This document shows positions 1 to 8,785 of a stretch of 59,973 bases of DNA, one piece after another; the first letter of the stretch is position 1, and every line of letters starts with the position of its first letter. Where the stretch lies: IMG/VR virus record IMGVR_UViG_3300035145_001735, positions 1 to 59,973 of that record, one strand, 5' to 3'. The notes beneath the pieces were generated by a model. It saw only the letters and a program-made list of their open reading frames with translations, searched no databases and was not told the DNA's origin. The position numbers and the translations under genes were made by a program. This stretch comes from a virus. Taxonomy: Duplodnaviria > Caudoviricetes.

Positions 1-1
1 T

Positions 2-580
2 ATCATCAGGTGGATGGGCTATGGTCAGACATGGCAAGACTTCAAATGTAACGTCCACATCTCCGGCAGAAAAGGTCCGCAAGGTATCAAAGACATCCTT
101 CCAAGACTCTCTACAGAAGCACGAAACACAATTACCATTGAAAACGAAGAAAATGCGTGGGGACTCGAATCCATACTCGAGCTAAGTAAACATGTAGCAC
201 TAGTGATAGATATACATCACAATTGGGTGCGTACAGGAGAATATATTGCACGAGATGATGTTCGCATTAACCGTATTATCGATAGTTGGCGGGGTGTCCG
301 TCCTACTATGCATTACAGTCTTAGCCGTGAATCTTTACTGGAAAACGCTAGACCAAGTGTACGACCAGACATGGACACACTACTTGAACAAGGATACAAA
401 AAAGCCAAACTAAGAGCACACAGTGATATGTGTTGGAACCATGCCTGTAACGACTGGGCATTGAGTTTTTGGGATGACTTTGACATCATGGTAGAAGCAA
501 AGAATAAAAACTTGGCTAGTGCACAATTATATCAACACTACTTAATGCAAAAAGACCCATTTACAAGTAAGGCAGCATAA
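2..580 (+). CDS. uvsE: UV-damage endonuclease UvsE (5'-truncated by window edge)
   Basis: IENEE, DIHHNW, MHYS and RAHSD metal-ligand motifs plus DIMVEAKNKN, typical of the UvdE TIM barrel; frame is open back to position 2. Confidence 0.9.
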   Translation: MIRWMGYGQTWQDFKCNVHISGRKGPQGIKDILPRLSTEARNTITIENEENAWGLESILELSKHVALVIDIHHNWVRTGEYIARDDVRINRIIDSWRGVRPTMHYSLSRESLLENARPSVRPDMDTLLEQGYKKAKLRAHSDMCWNHACNDWALSFWDDFDIMVEAKNKNLASAQLYQHYLMQKDPFTSKAA

Positions 581-1347
581 TGGATTATGAAAGCGATTAC
601 AATCTAGTTCGTGAACAAGAAGATGATAAGATTCAAACATTTTATCTAAATGGCGAAGAACATAAGTTTCAGTGTATCCCAAACAAAACTACAAACTTTG
701 ATATTTTTATGTTAGCCAATCCTCAGATTAGTATGGAAAAGGCAACAGCAATTTGGGACTACTATCGTACAATGTTTATTAGTGCTAAACTTACTGGCGA
801 ATCGTTAACAAGTTTTAGAACAACCCTACAACGTTTTATTGAAAACAAATCGTATAATGATAAAAATAGTTGGGGACATCGCACTAGACAAGATGACATT
901 AATAGTTATATTGGACTTGCACGTTGGTTGGAACTACAGTTTAATGTAGATACAACAGTTCAACAATTAAACGAAAACACAAACATTAAAACACTAGAAG
1001 ATGATGCAAGTCGTATACTAGGTACTGTTCCATTTAATAATTACATCAGTTACTTTACAAACGATGTACACAAGAAACTAAAAAATCCTGCAGATTACGA
1101 TAGCAGAAAACTATTTGTACGTAGTGTATATGAATATACACACAAAGAAATCAGATGGTATGTATGTGCAAGCGAATACGGCGCAGTTAAAGTATGGGTA
1201 CACACAAAACACAATGCATTTTTACCTATGTTTGAAAACCGTATTAAGAATGGTACTACTATTAACGTAGTAACAAGCAAAATATTGCATAATATTGACA
1301 ACACCACCCCATATATTAAGATTGAGAACTTTTTCTTAGAGGAATAA
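580..1347 (+). CDS. hypothetical protein
   Basis: 255-aa ORF coupled to the uvsE stop (TAATG); no motif recognised. Confidence 0.75.
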   Translation: MDYESDYNLVREQEDDKIQTFYLNGEEHKFQCIPNKTTNFDIFMLANPQISMEKATAIWDYYRTMFISAKLTGESLTSFRTTLQRFIENKSYNDKNSWGHRTRQDDINSYIGLARWLELQFNVDTTVQQLNENTNIKTLEDDASRILGTVPFNNYISYFTNDVHKKLKNPADYDSRKLFVRSVYEYTHKEIRWYVCASEYGAVKVWVHTKHNAFLPMFENRIKNGTTINVVTSKILHNIDNTTPYIKIENFFLEE

Positions 1348-1351
1348 TCAC

Positions 1352-1365
1352 TAAATATTTTTATG
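1352..1365 (+). promoter_or_regulatory. late-promoter-like TAAATA 5 nt before ATG (probable leaderless start)
   Basis: TAAATA-TTTTT-ATG with no SD between motif and start; identical string at 46280-46293. Confidence 0.55.
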
Positions 1366-1860
1366 AGAGTGATTATTTTTTTATTAGCAGCCGCTATCAG
1401 CGGCTGTAATGCTGTTAGTACTAACGATAGTGTTATTACTGCACAGCCTTATGTAGGTTTAAAGGAACGACAAAATCGTTCAGAGTTAAAGGAACTAACA
1501 GGCGTAGATCCTGTGCGTACAGAATGGTGTGCAGCATTTGTTAATAGTGTACTAGAGATAGATAACATACCAGGTAGTGCAAGTGTAAGTGATAACCCAT
1601 TGATGGCTAGAAGTTTTCTCGATTGGGGAGAGCGTGTAGAACGTGTAAACATACAACGTGGCGATGTTGTTGTATTTCCAAGAGGCAATCAAGGCTGGCA
1701 AGGACATGTTGGCTTTTATGTGGAAACAAGACTTGTAGACAATACTGAATATTGGGTAATACTTGGTGGTAATCAGAATAACGAAGTTCGATATGACTAT
1801 TACAAACCGAATAAGGCTATTGGAATACGCAGATATCCGATAAATACTAATGCTCAATAA
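1363..1860 (+). CDS. TIGR02594 / NlpC-P60-like cysteine peptidase, putative lipoprotein
   Basis: WCAAFVN, ARSF, GDVVVF, GHVGF, LGGNQ motifs; N-terminal LLAAAISGC lipobox-like segment. Confidence 0.8.
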   Translation: MRVIIFLLAAAISGCNAVSTNDSVITAQPYVGLKERQNRSELKELTGVDPVRTEWCAAFVNSVLEIDNIPGSASVSDNPLMARSFLDWGERVERVNIQRGDVVVFPRGNQGWQGHVGFYVETRLVDNTEYWVILGGNQNNEVRYDYYKPNKAIGIRRYPINTNAQ

Positions 1861-1912
1861 GAGCTTATGGGGACATCACCCCGTAGACCTAGAACGTCAA
1901 AGGAGAAAACAA
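1840..1912 (+). promoter_or_regulatory. late promoter ATAAATA plus structured 5' leader (three short hairpins) and strong SD
   Basis: ATAAATA 1840-1846; GCTC/GAGC, TATGGGG/CCCCGTA and GAC/GTC stems; AAAGGAG 1899-1905. Confidence 0.55.
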
Positions 1913-2323
1913 ATGGGAAGACCACTAAACAAAAGATTTTTCGGAACACCAACAGCAGGCGGCAACGAAATCAAAGTACAATTTCATAACGGTACAGCAA
2001 GTGTAGCAGGATGGATTGTAAAACAAAAAGCGTCAAAGCGTTTTTTATGTTCAGACGGCACTAACACTGCAGTTTGCACACTAACAGATGCAGCATCAGC
2101 AGCACTTACAGCAGGTCAAATGTCAATTACAGTGTTAAATGACTCAGGCAACCAATTGCAAGTTACTAAAATTTCTGGAAGAAAAGTTACAGCGAATGAT
2201 GGAAACACATATCCTTGGAACTTCGATGCAGATCTAACAGATGGCGGCGCACAAATTGAAGAAGCAGGTGATGATTCAGCATTAACTAATGCAGACGACC
2301 TCGAAGGTGATGAAGCACCATAA
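1913..2323 (+). CDS. probable virion structural protein (MGRPLNKRFFG...)
   Basis: Start moved to ATG 1913 behind AGGAG; Ala/Gly/Thr-rich beta-type composition with acidic tail; late promoter upstream. Confidence 0.65.
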   Translation: MGRPLNKRFFGTPTAGGNEIKVQFHNGTASVAGWIVKQKASKRFLCSDGTNTAVCTLTDAASAALTAGQMSITVLNDSGNQLQVTKISGRKVTANDGNTYPWNFDADLTDGGAQIEEAGDDSALTNADDLEGDEAP

Positions 2324-2340
2324 GTTTTACTAAAAACTTT

Positions 2341-2383
2341 ACACCCTTGGATAAATAGTATTAACAACTATTACCAAGGGTGT
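2341..2383 (+). promoter_or_regulatory. long hairpin enclosing late promoter ATAAATA and masking the RBS of the next gene
   Basis: ACACCCTTGG (2341-2350) / CCAAGGGTGT (2374-2383) perfect 10-bp stem, inner AATAGT/ACTATT stem, ATAAATA at 2351-2357, ATG at 2388. Confidence 0.75.
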
Positions 2384-2387
2384 TATT

Positions 2388-2741
2388 ATGAAGATTTATG
2401 AATTTACACAACTTAACGAAGAAATTACGTTAGAAGATACACAAGACTTTCACGAAGAGTTTGGCGAACTAGGATATGCAGAAGAAGAAGGCGTATTTGA
2501 AGCAGAGTATCAAGGACGTAAAGTTAAACTAAACAAGCCAATGCGTGGTGATGTTAAAAAGTTTAAAGTATACGTTAAGGATCCTAAAACCGGTAACGTA
2601 AAGAAAGTTAACTTCGGTGATCCTAATATGCGTATCAAAAAATCTAATCCTGACAGACGTAGAAGTTTCCGTGCTAGACATAATTGCGATAACCCTGGTC
2701 CAAAGACTAAAGCACGTTATTGGTCATGTAGAAAGTGGTAA
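2388..2741 (+). CDS. probable internal head protein: acidic N-half, basic Cys-pair C-domain
   Basis: MKIYEF N-terminus; LNEE and VFEA sites; KKVNFGDP...FRARHNC...YWSC domain. Confidence 0.7.
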   Translation: MKIYEFTQLNEEITLEDTQDFHEEFGELGYAEEEGVFEAEYQGRKVKLNKPMRGDVKKFKVYVKDPKTGNVKKVNFGDPNMRIKKSNPDRRRSFRARHNCDNPGPKTKARYWSCRKW

Positions 2742-2742
2742 T

Positions 2743-3048
2743 ATGAAAACCAGTGAGATACTAGGAGAGAAATGGAGCGCAAAGTATAAGCGTTCAATTG
2801 ACTGTAATAATCCGAAAGGATTCTCTCAACGTGCTCACTGTGCAGGACGTAAAAAGAACGAAGCAGTACAACAAGAACTTCCGATTGATTTAGATCGTAT
2901 TAGAGATTTAATCCAACGTCTAGAAAGTAATCAAACAATTACACCCCAAGAAGCAGATGACATGCGTAGAGCAGCACAAGCACTTGCATCGGGTCGTTCT
3001 ACAATATTACCTGATAGAATATTACAATTATTATCAATGGTGGCCTAA
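2743..3048 (+). CDS. probable internal head protein (KWSAKYKRSIDCNNPKGFSQRAHC module)
   Basis: Start moved to ATG 2743 just after the previous stop; MKTSEILGE N-terminus. Confidence 0.7.
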   Translation: MKTSEILGEKWSAKYKRSIDCNNPKGFSQRAHCAGRKKNEAVQQELPIDLDRIRDLIQRLESNQTITPQEADDMRRAAQALASGRSTILPDRILQLLSMVA

Positions 3049-3645
3049 ATGAAAATTAATCAAATTATAACAGAAGATGGTAAAATTGTTCCAGGAGTTA
3101 ACACTACAGTAGATGTTAAGCCCGGTGAAACTGAACGCCAAGCCAGAAAGTTTTTTGGCGGCAACGGTAAACCAAAACCGTTGAGCGGAAGTAACACTCA
3201 TAAACTTTTTAATATGGGATTAGTAAACGAAAATGAAATAGTAGACAAACATGCAACAACACCAGACCAAAACTTATTTGATTTAACTGGTAACATTGCT
3301 AATTGGAATGGTTGGGTTAAACACCCAAAACATGGCATACTTGGATTTTCTACAAATGACGGCGACGACGGTTCGCAAGTTCAACGCTGGTTAAATAATT
3401 TAGGCTATGAAGTAGAGCAAGACGGAGTAATTGGTCCACAAACAACAGCCGCATTAAATGATGCAATAGGTAAAATTCGCAGTGGAGAAATTTCCTTACA
3501 GCCAACACCTGCAGCAAAGCCAGCACCAACTAATACACCAACTACAGCAATTCCAAAAGCCAAAACATCAACTAGTAATGTTGATGCACTGAGAGCCAAA
3601 AGAGCACATGAATTTAGACAAAAGCTAAGAAGGTCGATTAAATAA
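3049..3645 (+). CDS. virion protein with peptidoglycan-binding (PG_binding_1-like) domain
   Basis: MKINQIITE N-terminus; VQRWLNNLGY..EQDGVIGPQTTAAL motif. Confidence 0.7.
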   Translation: MKINQIITEDGKIVPGVNTTVDVKPGETERQARKFFGGNGKPKPLSGSNTHKLFNMGLVNENEIVDKHATTPDQNLFDLTGNIANWNGWVKHPKHGILGFSTNDGDDGSQVQRWLNNLGYEVEQDGVIGPQTTAALNDAIGKIRSGEISLQPTPAAKPAPTNTPTTAIPKAKTSTSNVDALRAKRAHEFRQKLRRSIK

Positions 3646-5195
3646 TGAAAGTAAATGAAATTGCTGAAAACATGAGCCATACTGCTAAACGTATTCACGA
3701 TACTGAGCGTAAGAATAAAGTTAAGCCAGGAACAGAAGAATGGTTTAAGTTATGGTTTAGTTTACCTTATCTTAAAGAAGGTGCTGAAATAGTACTAGAA
3801 GGTTATAAACTACAACTAGAACGCAGCGATGATATGGATATACTGCATATTGTAGATACAAAAACAGGCGAGCGTACTGAAGTAAGAGGCAAGCCCGATT
3901 ATGAACGTGCATATGATCCTGAAGATCCACTGCATCAATTGCTTGACAAAATTGGCAAAGCAAGTAATATTAGTGACCTAATCAATGGCGAGCCAGTTGG
4001 TATTAATCCAAAACATCCAGACGGTGATAGTGCAAAGGCAGCAACAGACAAAGCATTTAACGAAGATGTTAGTGTTCCTGAAAATATCTTTCATATGAAA
4101 AACAGACTGTTAAAAGTTAAAACAATAACAGACGCTATGGGCAATCGTCCTATCATGTTTAGAAGTTTTGTATATGATGCAGAACCTGTTGCAAAAATCA
4201 TTAAAAAGGTAACTAACGATTCTGCTAGAAATATTAAAACAGGATCAAATCAAAAGCAGAACGAAGTTTTACAAAAACTTGGGATTAAAAATCCAACATT
4301 CGCAGCCATGGCCAACAGCAAATATGCAAATGTAAGAAGAGATTCATTAGAAGATATGGAAGTTTCTGGGATGCAGAATATTTTTATTCCAATGAGCAAT
4401 GAAATATATTACAGTGATACTATTGAAGATTTAGGTATGGGTCGTAAAACCGGCGGACGTAATATTGCAGTACAATCAGACTTTGATGTAGATGCAGCGG
4501 CAGCGACTTATAAAAAAGGATGGCCTAGTGCTGGGTTTGATAACGAAATAATTGTTGACACAAAAGAATACTATCTCTTAAATTTACGTTCATTTTTACT
4601 AGAATTGACAAGTCCAGAAATCAAGGATAGAATAAAACGATTGAAAGCAATGTACGACAAATCATACAACAGACGTGCAGAAGAAAATCATATCAACGAT
4701 ATATTAAAAGACATATTCAAGACAAAAATAACTACATATGGCGATATATCACGCTGGATTGAAAATACGGCTGTTCCGTTTGTAGACATGCTTGCTGCAA
4801 ACAGAGGCGAGCCAACACAATATACATATACTGATTACAACGACGATGATGATTGGCTCGATTTATTAGATGATCCTAAAATGTTTGAAAACGAACCAGG
4901 AAGCCTTGCACATAAAATTAACTGGGGCGGACAAAATAAACAACCAAAACCAAAGCAACCGAGACAATCTAATCAACAACAAAGTTGGTGGCAATCTCTT
5001 AAACAACGTGTAATTGGAGAAAACTTTGCTGACGGTAAGAAAAAAGGCAAAAGCAGACCAGGACGTGTAAAACGTGCAGGTGCTAGTTGCGATGGTAGCG
5101 TAACAGAACTAAGACGTAAAGCAAAAAATAGCAGCGGCGAAAAACAAAAAATGTATCACTGGTGTGCTAATATGAAATCAGGGAAAAAGAAATGA
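3645..5195 (+). CDS. modular probable internal head polyprotein
   Basis: MKVNEIAE start; segments bounded by LKE/VLE/FNE/IGE; basic C-terminal ENFADGKKKG...C...WC module. Confidence 0.7.
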   Translation: MKVNEIAENMSHTAKRIHDTERKNKVKPGTEEWFKLWFSLPYLKEGAEIVLEGYKLQLERSDDMDILHIVDTKTGERTEVRGKPDYERAYDPEDPLHQLLDKIGKASNISDLINGEPVGINPKHPDGDSAKAATDKAFNEDVSVPENIFHMKNRLLKVKTITDAMGNRPIMFRSFVYDAEPVAKIIKKVTNDSARNIKTGSNQKQNEVLQKLGIKNPTFAAMANSKYANVRRDSLEDMEVSGMQNIFIPMSNEIYYSDTIEDLGMGRKTGGRNIAVQSDFDVDAAAATYKKGWPSAGFDNEIIVDTKEYYLLNLRSFLLELTSPEIKDRIKRLKAMYDKSYNRRAEENHINDILKDIFKTKITTYGDISRWIENTAVPFVDMLAANRGEPTQYTYTDYNDDDDWLDLLDDPKMFENEPGSLAHKINWGGQNKQPKPKQPRQSNQQQSWWQSLKQRVIGENFADGKKKGKSRPGRVKRAGASCDGSVTELRRKAKNSSGEKQKMYHWCANMKSGKKK

Positions 5196-5476
5196 CAGAT
5201 TTGTACAGAATTTTAGAACTAGCAGGTTTAGAATTAACCGAAGACTTAGGATACAAAGATTTACAAAACGCTTTTGACAAAGTATACGATTATGTTGGCA
5301 CAATAGGAGACAGTGCATTAGAATATCTTTATGACTATGCTCCAACATTTGACAATGCAATGGACTCGTACGGTGATATTGAATCTATTGCTAAAAATGC
5401 AAGCCAAGAAGAATTGAAAACATATATGGATGAACTCGAAGCAACAAGATATCAATTAGAGTTGGCATCATACTAA
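5192..5476 (+). CDS. hypothetical acidic protein (RILELAGL motif)
   Basis: 94-aa ORF, ATGA overlap with upstream gene. Confidence 0.65.
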   Translation: MTDLYRILELAGLELTEDLGYKDLQNAFDKVYDYVGTIGDSALEYLYDYAPTFDNAMDSYGDIESIAKNASQEELKTYMDELEATRYQLELASY

Positions 5477-5486
5477 AGGTAAAAAA

Positions 5487-5705
5487 ATGAAAAAACTGCT
5501 CAAACGATGGTGGCGTAATATGTTTCCTCAGTATATACTTGAGGTGAACCACCGTGGTGTTGAGCGTAGAATACACGTAGTTAAATTTACAAGTAAAAAA
5601 CCAAAAAAATTGGCAGGCGTGAATATCGATGGCGAGACCTTCGAACTAGTAAACACTGAACCAATGAATTACTACGTAAAAGAGTACAGGGATGATTTGA
5701 GATGA
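5487..5705 (+). CDS. hypothetical protein
   Basis: 72-aa ORF with AAGGT SD; coupled to the next gene. Confidence 0.65.
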   Translation: MKKLLKRWWRNMFPQYILEVNHRGVERRIHVVKFTSKKPKKLAGVNIDGETFELVNTEPMNYYVKEYRDDLR

Positions 5706-6340
5706 AATTATCAGAACTTTTAAACATCGACTTCCCTAATTTGGAGGAAGCGATGAGCAAAGATGAAGTAGAAGCAGAAATAAAACGACGACAAAAAGAA
5801 GCGTTTATTGATGCTATGTTAGCAGCAATGCACCGTCTTGTAATGAGTAAAGGTAATAGACGTAGTATCAGCAGTTATGCATTTGATATTGGAAGAACAT
5901 TTGGTGGATTTGATCACAGAGAAATCGAACGTATGTATCGTGACAAGTACATGGCTGAAAGTGAAGGTTACCCAACAGAAATTACACAGCCAATGTTAGA
6001 TACATTAGAAAAACATTTAGATAGACTGTTTGCTGCAGTTGGAATTGACGTAGAATTCACACGTCATTTTTTAGATCGTGTAAACGACAAAAGAAATAAA
6101 CAGCCTATTACACTAAAAGAGCTTGCAATTTTGTTTAAAGATGCTTATAATAAGTATGGTAAGCGAATTGCACAAATGGGTCCAGATGCAGAAGCAGTTA
6201 TTAAAGATATGCGTAGTGATGTGAACGTACCGTTTGCATTAGATTGGGATAACAACAAACAAGAACTAGATTTGATTGCTAAAACAGTTATGCGTAAAAA
6301 AGACTTTAGAACATCTAACCCAGAATTACCGTTAAATTAA
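5702..6340 (+). CDS. probable internal head protein with VEFTRHFLDRVND domain
   Basis: MKLSELL N-terminus; LEEA and MAESE boundaries; compact C-terminal domain ending KTVMRKKDF. Confidence 0.7.
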   Translation: MKLSELLNIDFPNLEEAMSKDEVEAEIKRRQKEAFIDAMLAAMHRLVMSKGNRRSISSYAFDIGRTFGGFDHREIERMYRDKYMAESEGYPTEITQPMLDTLEKHLDRLFAAVGIDVEFTRHFLDRVNDKRNKQPITLKELAILFKDAYNKYGKRIAQMGPDAEAVIKDMRSDVNVPFALDWDNNKQELDLIAKTVMRKKDFRTSNPELPLN

Positions 6341-6348
6341 GAGGCACA

Positions 6349-7224
6349 ATGCGTGTAGCAGTTTTATTAACAGGGCAACCTCGGCACTTAGAGCAAGGTT
6401 CGTTTTGGTTTAAAAATCATGTATTCCCAGCAGGCTGTGGAATTGATGTAGATTATTTTGGATATTTTTGGGACAACGGTGATGCAAATTTATCAAGCAG
6501 AATAGAAAATACTTATAATCCTGTACGTTATCATATACAAAATTATGACACAGTAATTAATAGTTTTATTGATCGTGTACAAAAGCGCAATAAAGAAATC
6601 AATGATTGGTCATATGTACCACAAGAATTTAAAAATACACACTTGTTTGGTGTTGAAAAACAACACATCAGCAACTATGCAAAAAACTTTTGGGGACAAT
6701 ATATATGTGCTGGTAAAATAAAAAATATGTTGGGTAATTTAGATGATTATGATATTGTAATTAGAACCAGAACTGATGTTGCATTTAAAAATATGGAAAC
6801 AAAATACTGGGAAGATGCGTTTACTAACTTGCATCGTAATCCCATATTTGATGATAAACTATTTTCTCCTTGGCTATATGTAGATAGAGGAATACCACTT
6901 TTTGCTGACTTTGCCTTTATTAGTAAACCAAAAGTATGGCAACAGTTTAATGATAATATTGAAGAAAATTGTTTTAGACTAGCAACTGAAAATAAACAAC
7001 TATGGTATGAATTAGAAGTAAGTAACTTTCCGCAACCTCCTCATTGGTTATGGAGTAAACTTGCAATGTATAATCGAACAAATATGTTAAGTTTTAGTGT
7101 TGTTTGGCCAATGCCGTTTGATTGTAAACTAATACGTTATGACGAAGATTTAAATTTATTAAACTTTGAGTACATTGAAAAAAGATTTAATCAGTTTCAA
7201 ATTGAAAACCCTTTTAAAGGTTAA
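6349..7224 (+). CDS. putative glycosyltransferase-like protein (VAVLLTGQPR family)
   Basis: LTGQPR, DYFGYFWD and YDIVIRTRTD motifs of a common viral GT-like family. Confidence 0.55.
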   Translation: MRVAVLLTGQPRHLEQGSFWFKNHVFPAGCGIDVDYFGYFWDNGDANLSSRIENTYNPVRYHIQNYDTVINSFIDRVQKRNKEINDWSYVPQEFKNTHLFGVEKQHISNYAKNFWGQYICAGKIKNMLGNLDDYDIVIRTRTDVAFKNMETKYWEDAFTNLHRNPIFDDKLFSPWLYVDRGIPLFADFAFISKPKVWQQFNDNIEENCFRLATENKQLWYELEVSNFPQPPHWLWSKLAMYNRTNMLSFSVVWPMPFDCKLIRYDEDLNLLNFEYIEKRFNQFQIENPFKG

Positions 7225-8282
7225 TAAAAATTAAAATATTTTATAGTATGATATTTTGATCTCTCATCACAGTGATCAATTGGGCCTCTAAATTCGCTTT
7301 GTTTTTTCCTGTTAAAGTTTTTTTCATATAATATATGAAAATACTCCCATGGTTTTGAATTATAATCTACGGGTATTGATTCAGGAAAACGTATGATATT
7401 ATGCTGTATTCTGTTTGTTAATTTAATTTGATAGTCATTGGATTTAATAGCCTTAAAAAATCTAATATGTTGTCCATCATCTACTGTAGAATATTTTGTT
7501 AGTAAGTTTTCTGCTAACATATTATTAACATTATTACTAGTCATCCACCAACCGTCGTGTAAACTTATTTTTTTATCAATTGGTGCTGTATTAATGTCAT
7601 ATGGCAAATCTTCTTTCCATTCATAACCTTCCCAGGCAAGTTCGGTATAAAAAACAGAATCAGTTGAACAGTGCTTAATAGCATTTATCATTTTATCATT
7701 GTTAGAAATTAAATCAGCAAGTACATCATATCTCCATTTAATAACGGCTGCATATTCTGTGTTTGAGTTTTTAATAAGTTTCTTTGATTCTGCTGCACTA
7801 AATGCTTGCGAAACAACATGAACAAATCTACAGTAGAATACATGATAGTGCCACCATTTATCAAATATATGATGAGGATTTTCAAAGTTATCAATAAAAA
7901 AGTTTGGATGTAAGTTTTTATTAAATTGTTGGTTTTCGATTAATGTTATAGAATCTTTAACCCAGTTATCATTTTTGAACTTTTCTTTATAATAAATTAA
8001 AAACTGATTGTGTATATCCGAAAACTGACTTATTTTATAATCAACAGGTTTAAAAATATCTATAGCACGATTTACACTTCCAAGATTTTCCCATGGCACT
8101 GATATTTTAGTAATTTGATAATCTATGTCATATGGATATAAACCATTACTATCCCAAAAATGACAATAATAATCAATTTGCAAGTTATTTCTTCTTGCAA
8201 AATCATCAAACATATGTTTAATATATTCTAGTGTTGGAGTTTTGTCTATTATTAGACCTGTGAGGAAAATTGCTATCTTCAT
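7221..8282 (-). CDS. putative glycosyltransferase-like protein, divergent paralog of 6349..7224
   Basis: IAIFLTG, DYYCHFWD and VIKWRYD align with the neighbour; very AT-rich. Confidence 0.55.
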   Translation of the reverse strand: MKIAIFLTGLIIDKTPTLEYIKHMFDDFARRNNLQIDYYCHFWDSNGLYPYDIDYQITKISVPWENLGSVNRAIDIFKPVDYKISQFSDIHNQFLIYYKEKFKNDNWVKDSITLIENQQFNKNLHPNFFIDNFENPHHIFDKWWHYHVFYCRFVHVVSQAFSAAESKKLIKNSNTEYAAVIKWRYDVLADLISNNDKMINAIKHCSTDSVFYTELAWEGYEWKEDLPYDINTAPIDKKISLHDGWWMTSNNVNNMLAENLLTKYSTVDDGQHIRFFKAIKSNDYQIKLTNRIQHNIIRFPESIPVDYNSKPWEYFHILYEKNFNRKKQSEFRGPIDHCDERSKYHTIKYFNFY

Positions 8283-8293
8283 GCTGTACTCTG

Positions 8294-8317
8294 ATAAATA
8301 AGTGTATAATTACTTAT
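8294..8317. promoter_or_regulatory. face-to-face late-promoter-like motifs
   Basis: ATAAATA on + (8294-8300) and ATAAGTA on - (8317-8311) between divergently oriented genes. Confidence 0.55.
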
Positions 8318-8338
8318 CATGATACTTGGAGCGTCTCA

Positions 8339-8785
8339 ATGAGATTAGAAAAAATACAATCAAACCCTGCAGCCAAACCACAACTCGTGAAAGAAGGCAG
8401 CGAATATAAAGTACTAGATGTTAACGGAGTAGAACGTAAAGTGTTCGAAGATATCGATGTTGCAAAAGCATGGATGAAAAGACATAGTACAGAATTAAAA
8501 GAAGGCACAGAGCCTACAGTTTACATGAGCGAAATCATGGAAGGTGTACTAGATGACACCGACGATGATGGATGGATGGCAAAAAGTGAACTATACAAAC
8601 TAGCAAAGTATGCAATTACATTGCATGGCATGATTCAAGACAGTGACAACTTAGAACCTTGGGTACAAAGTAAAATCACTAAAGCAGCAGACTATATTGC
8701 TACTGTAAAGCACTACATGGAATATGTAGAAGCAACAGAAGGTCAGCCAGAAGTAGTAGACGATCTTCCTATTGAGGAAATCTAA
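8339..8785 (+). CDS. probable head-associated protein (LEPWVQSKITKAADY motif)
   Basis: Start moved to ATG 8339 (GGAG SD); VKE/LKE/IME sites. Confidence 0.7.
   Translation: MRLEKIQSNPAAKPQLVKEGSEYKVLDVNGVERKVFEDIDVAKAWMKRHSTELKEGTEPTVYMSEIMEGVLDDTDDDGWMAKSELYKLAKYAITLHGMIQDSDNLEPWVQSKITKAADYIATVKHYMEYVEATEGQPEVVDDLPIEEI

Noticed and set aside
3-185. +1 frame of uvsE open for 61 codons with C-ending codon bias
   Set aside because: Length is within the range of other +1 shadow ORFs here and the start is outside the window; revisit with upstream sequence.
1850-1912. N-terminal extension MLNKSLWG... in the ORF track
   Set aside because: It covers the structured leader; the SD supports ATG 1913.
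2617-2742. Upstream extension of the 2743 gene
   Set aside because: It overlaps the previous gene out of frame; ATG 2743 gives the shared MKxxEI start.
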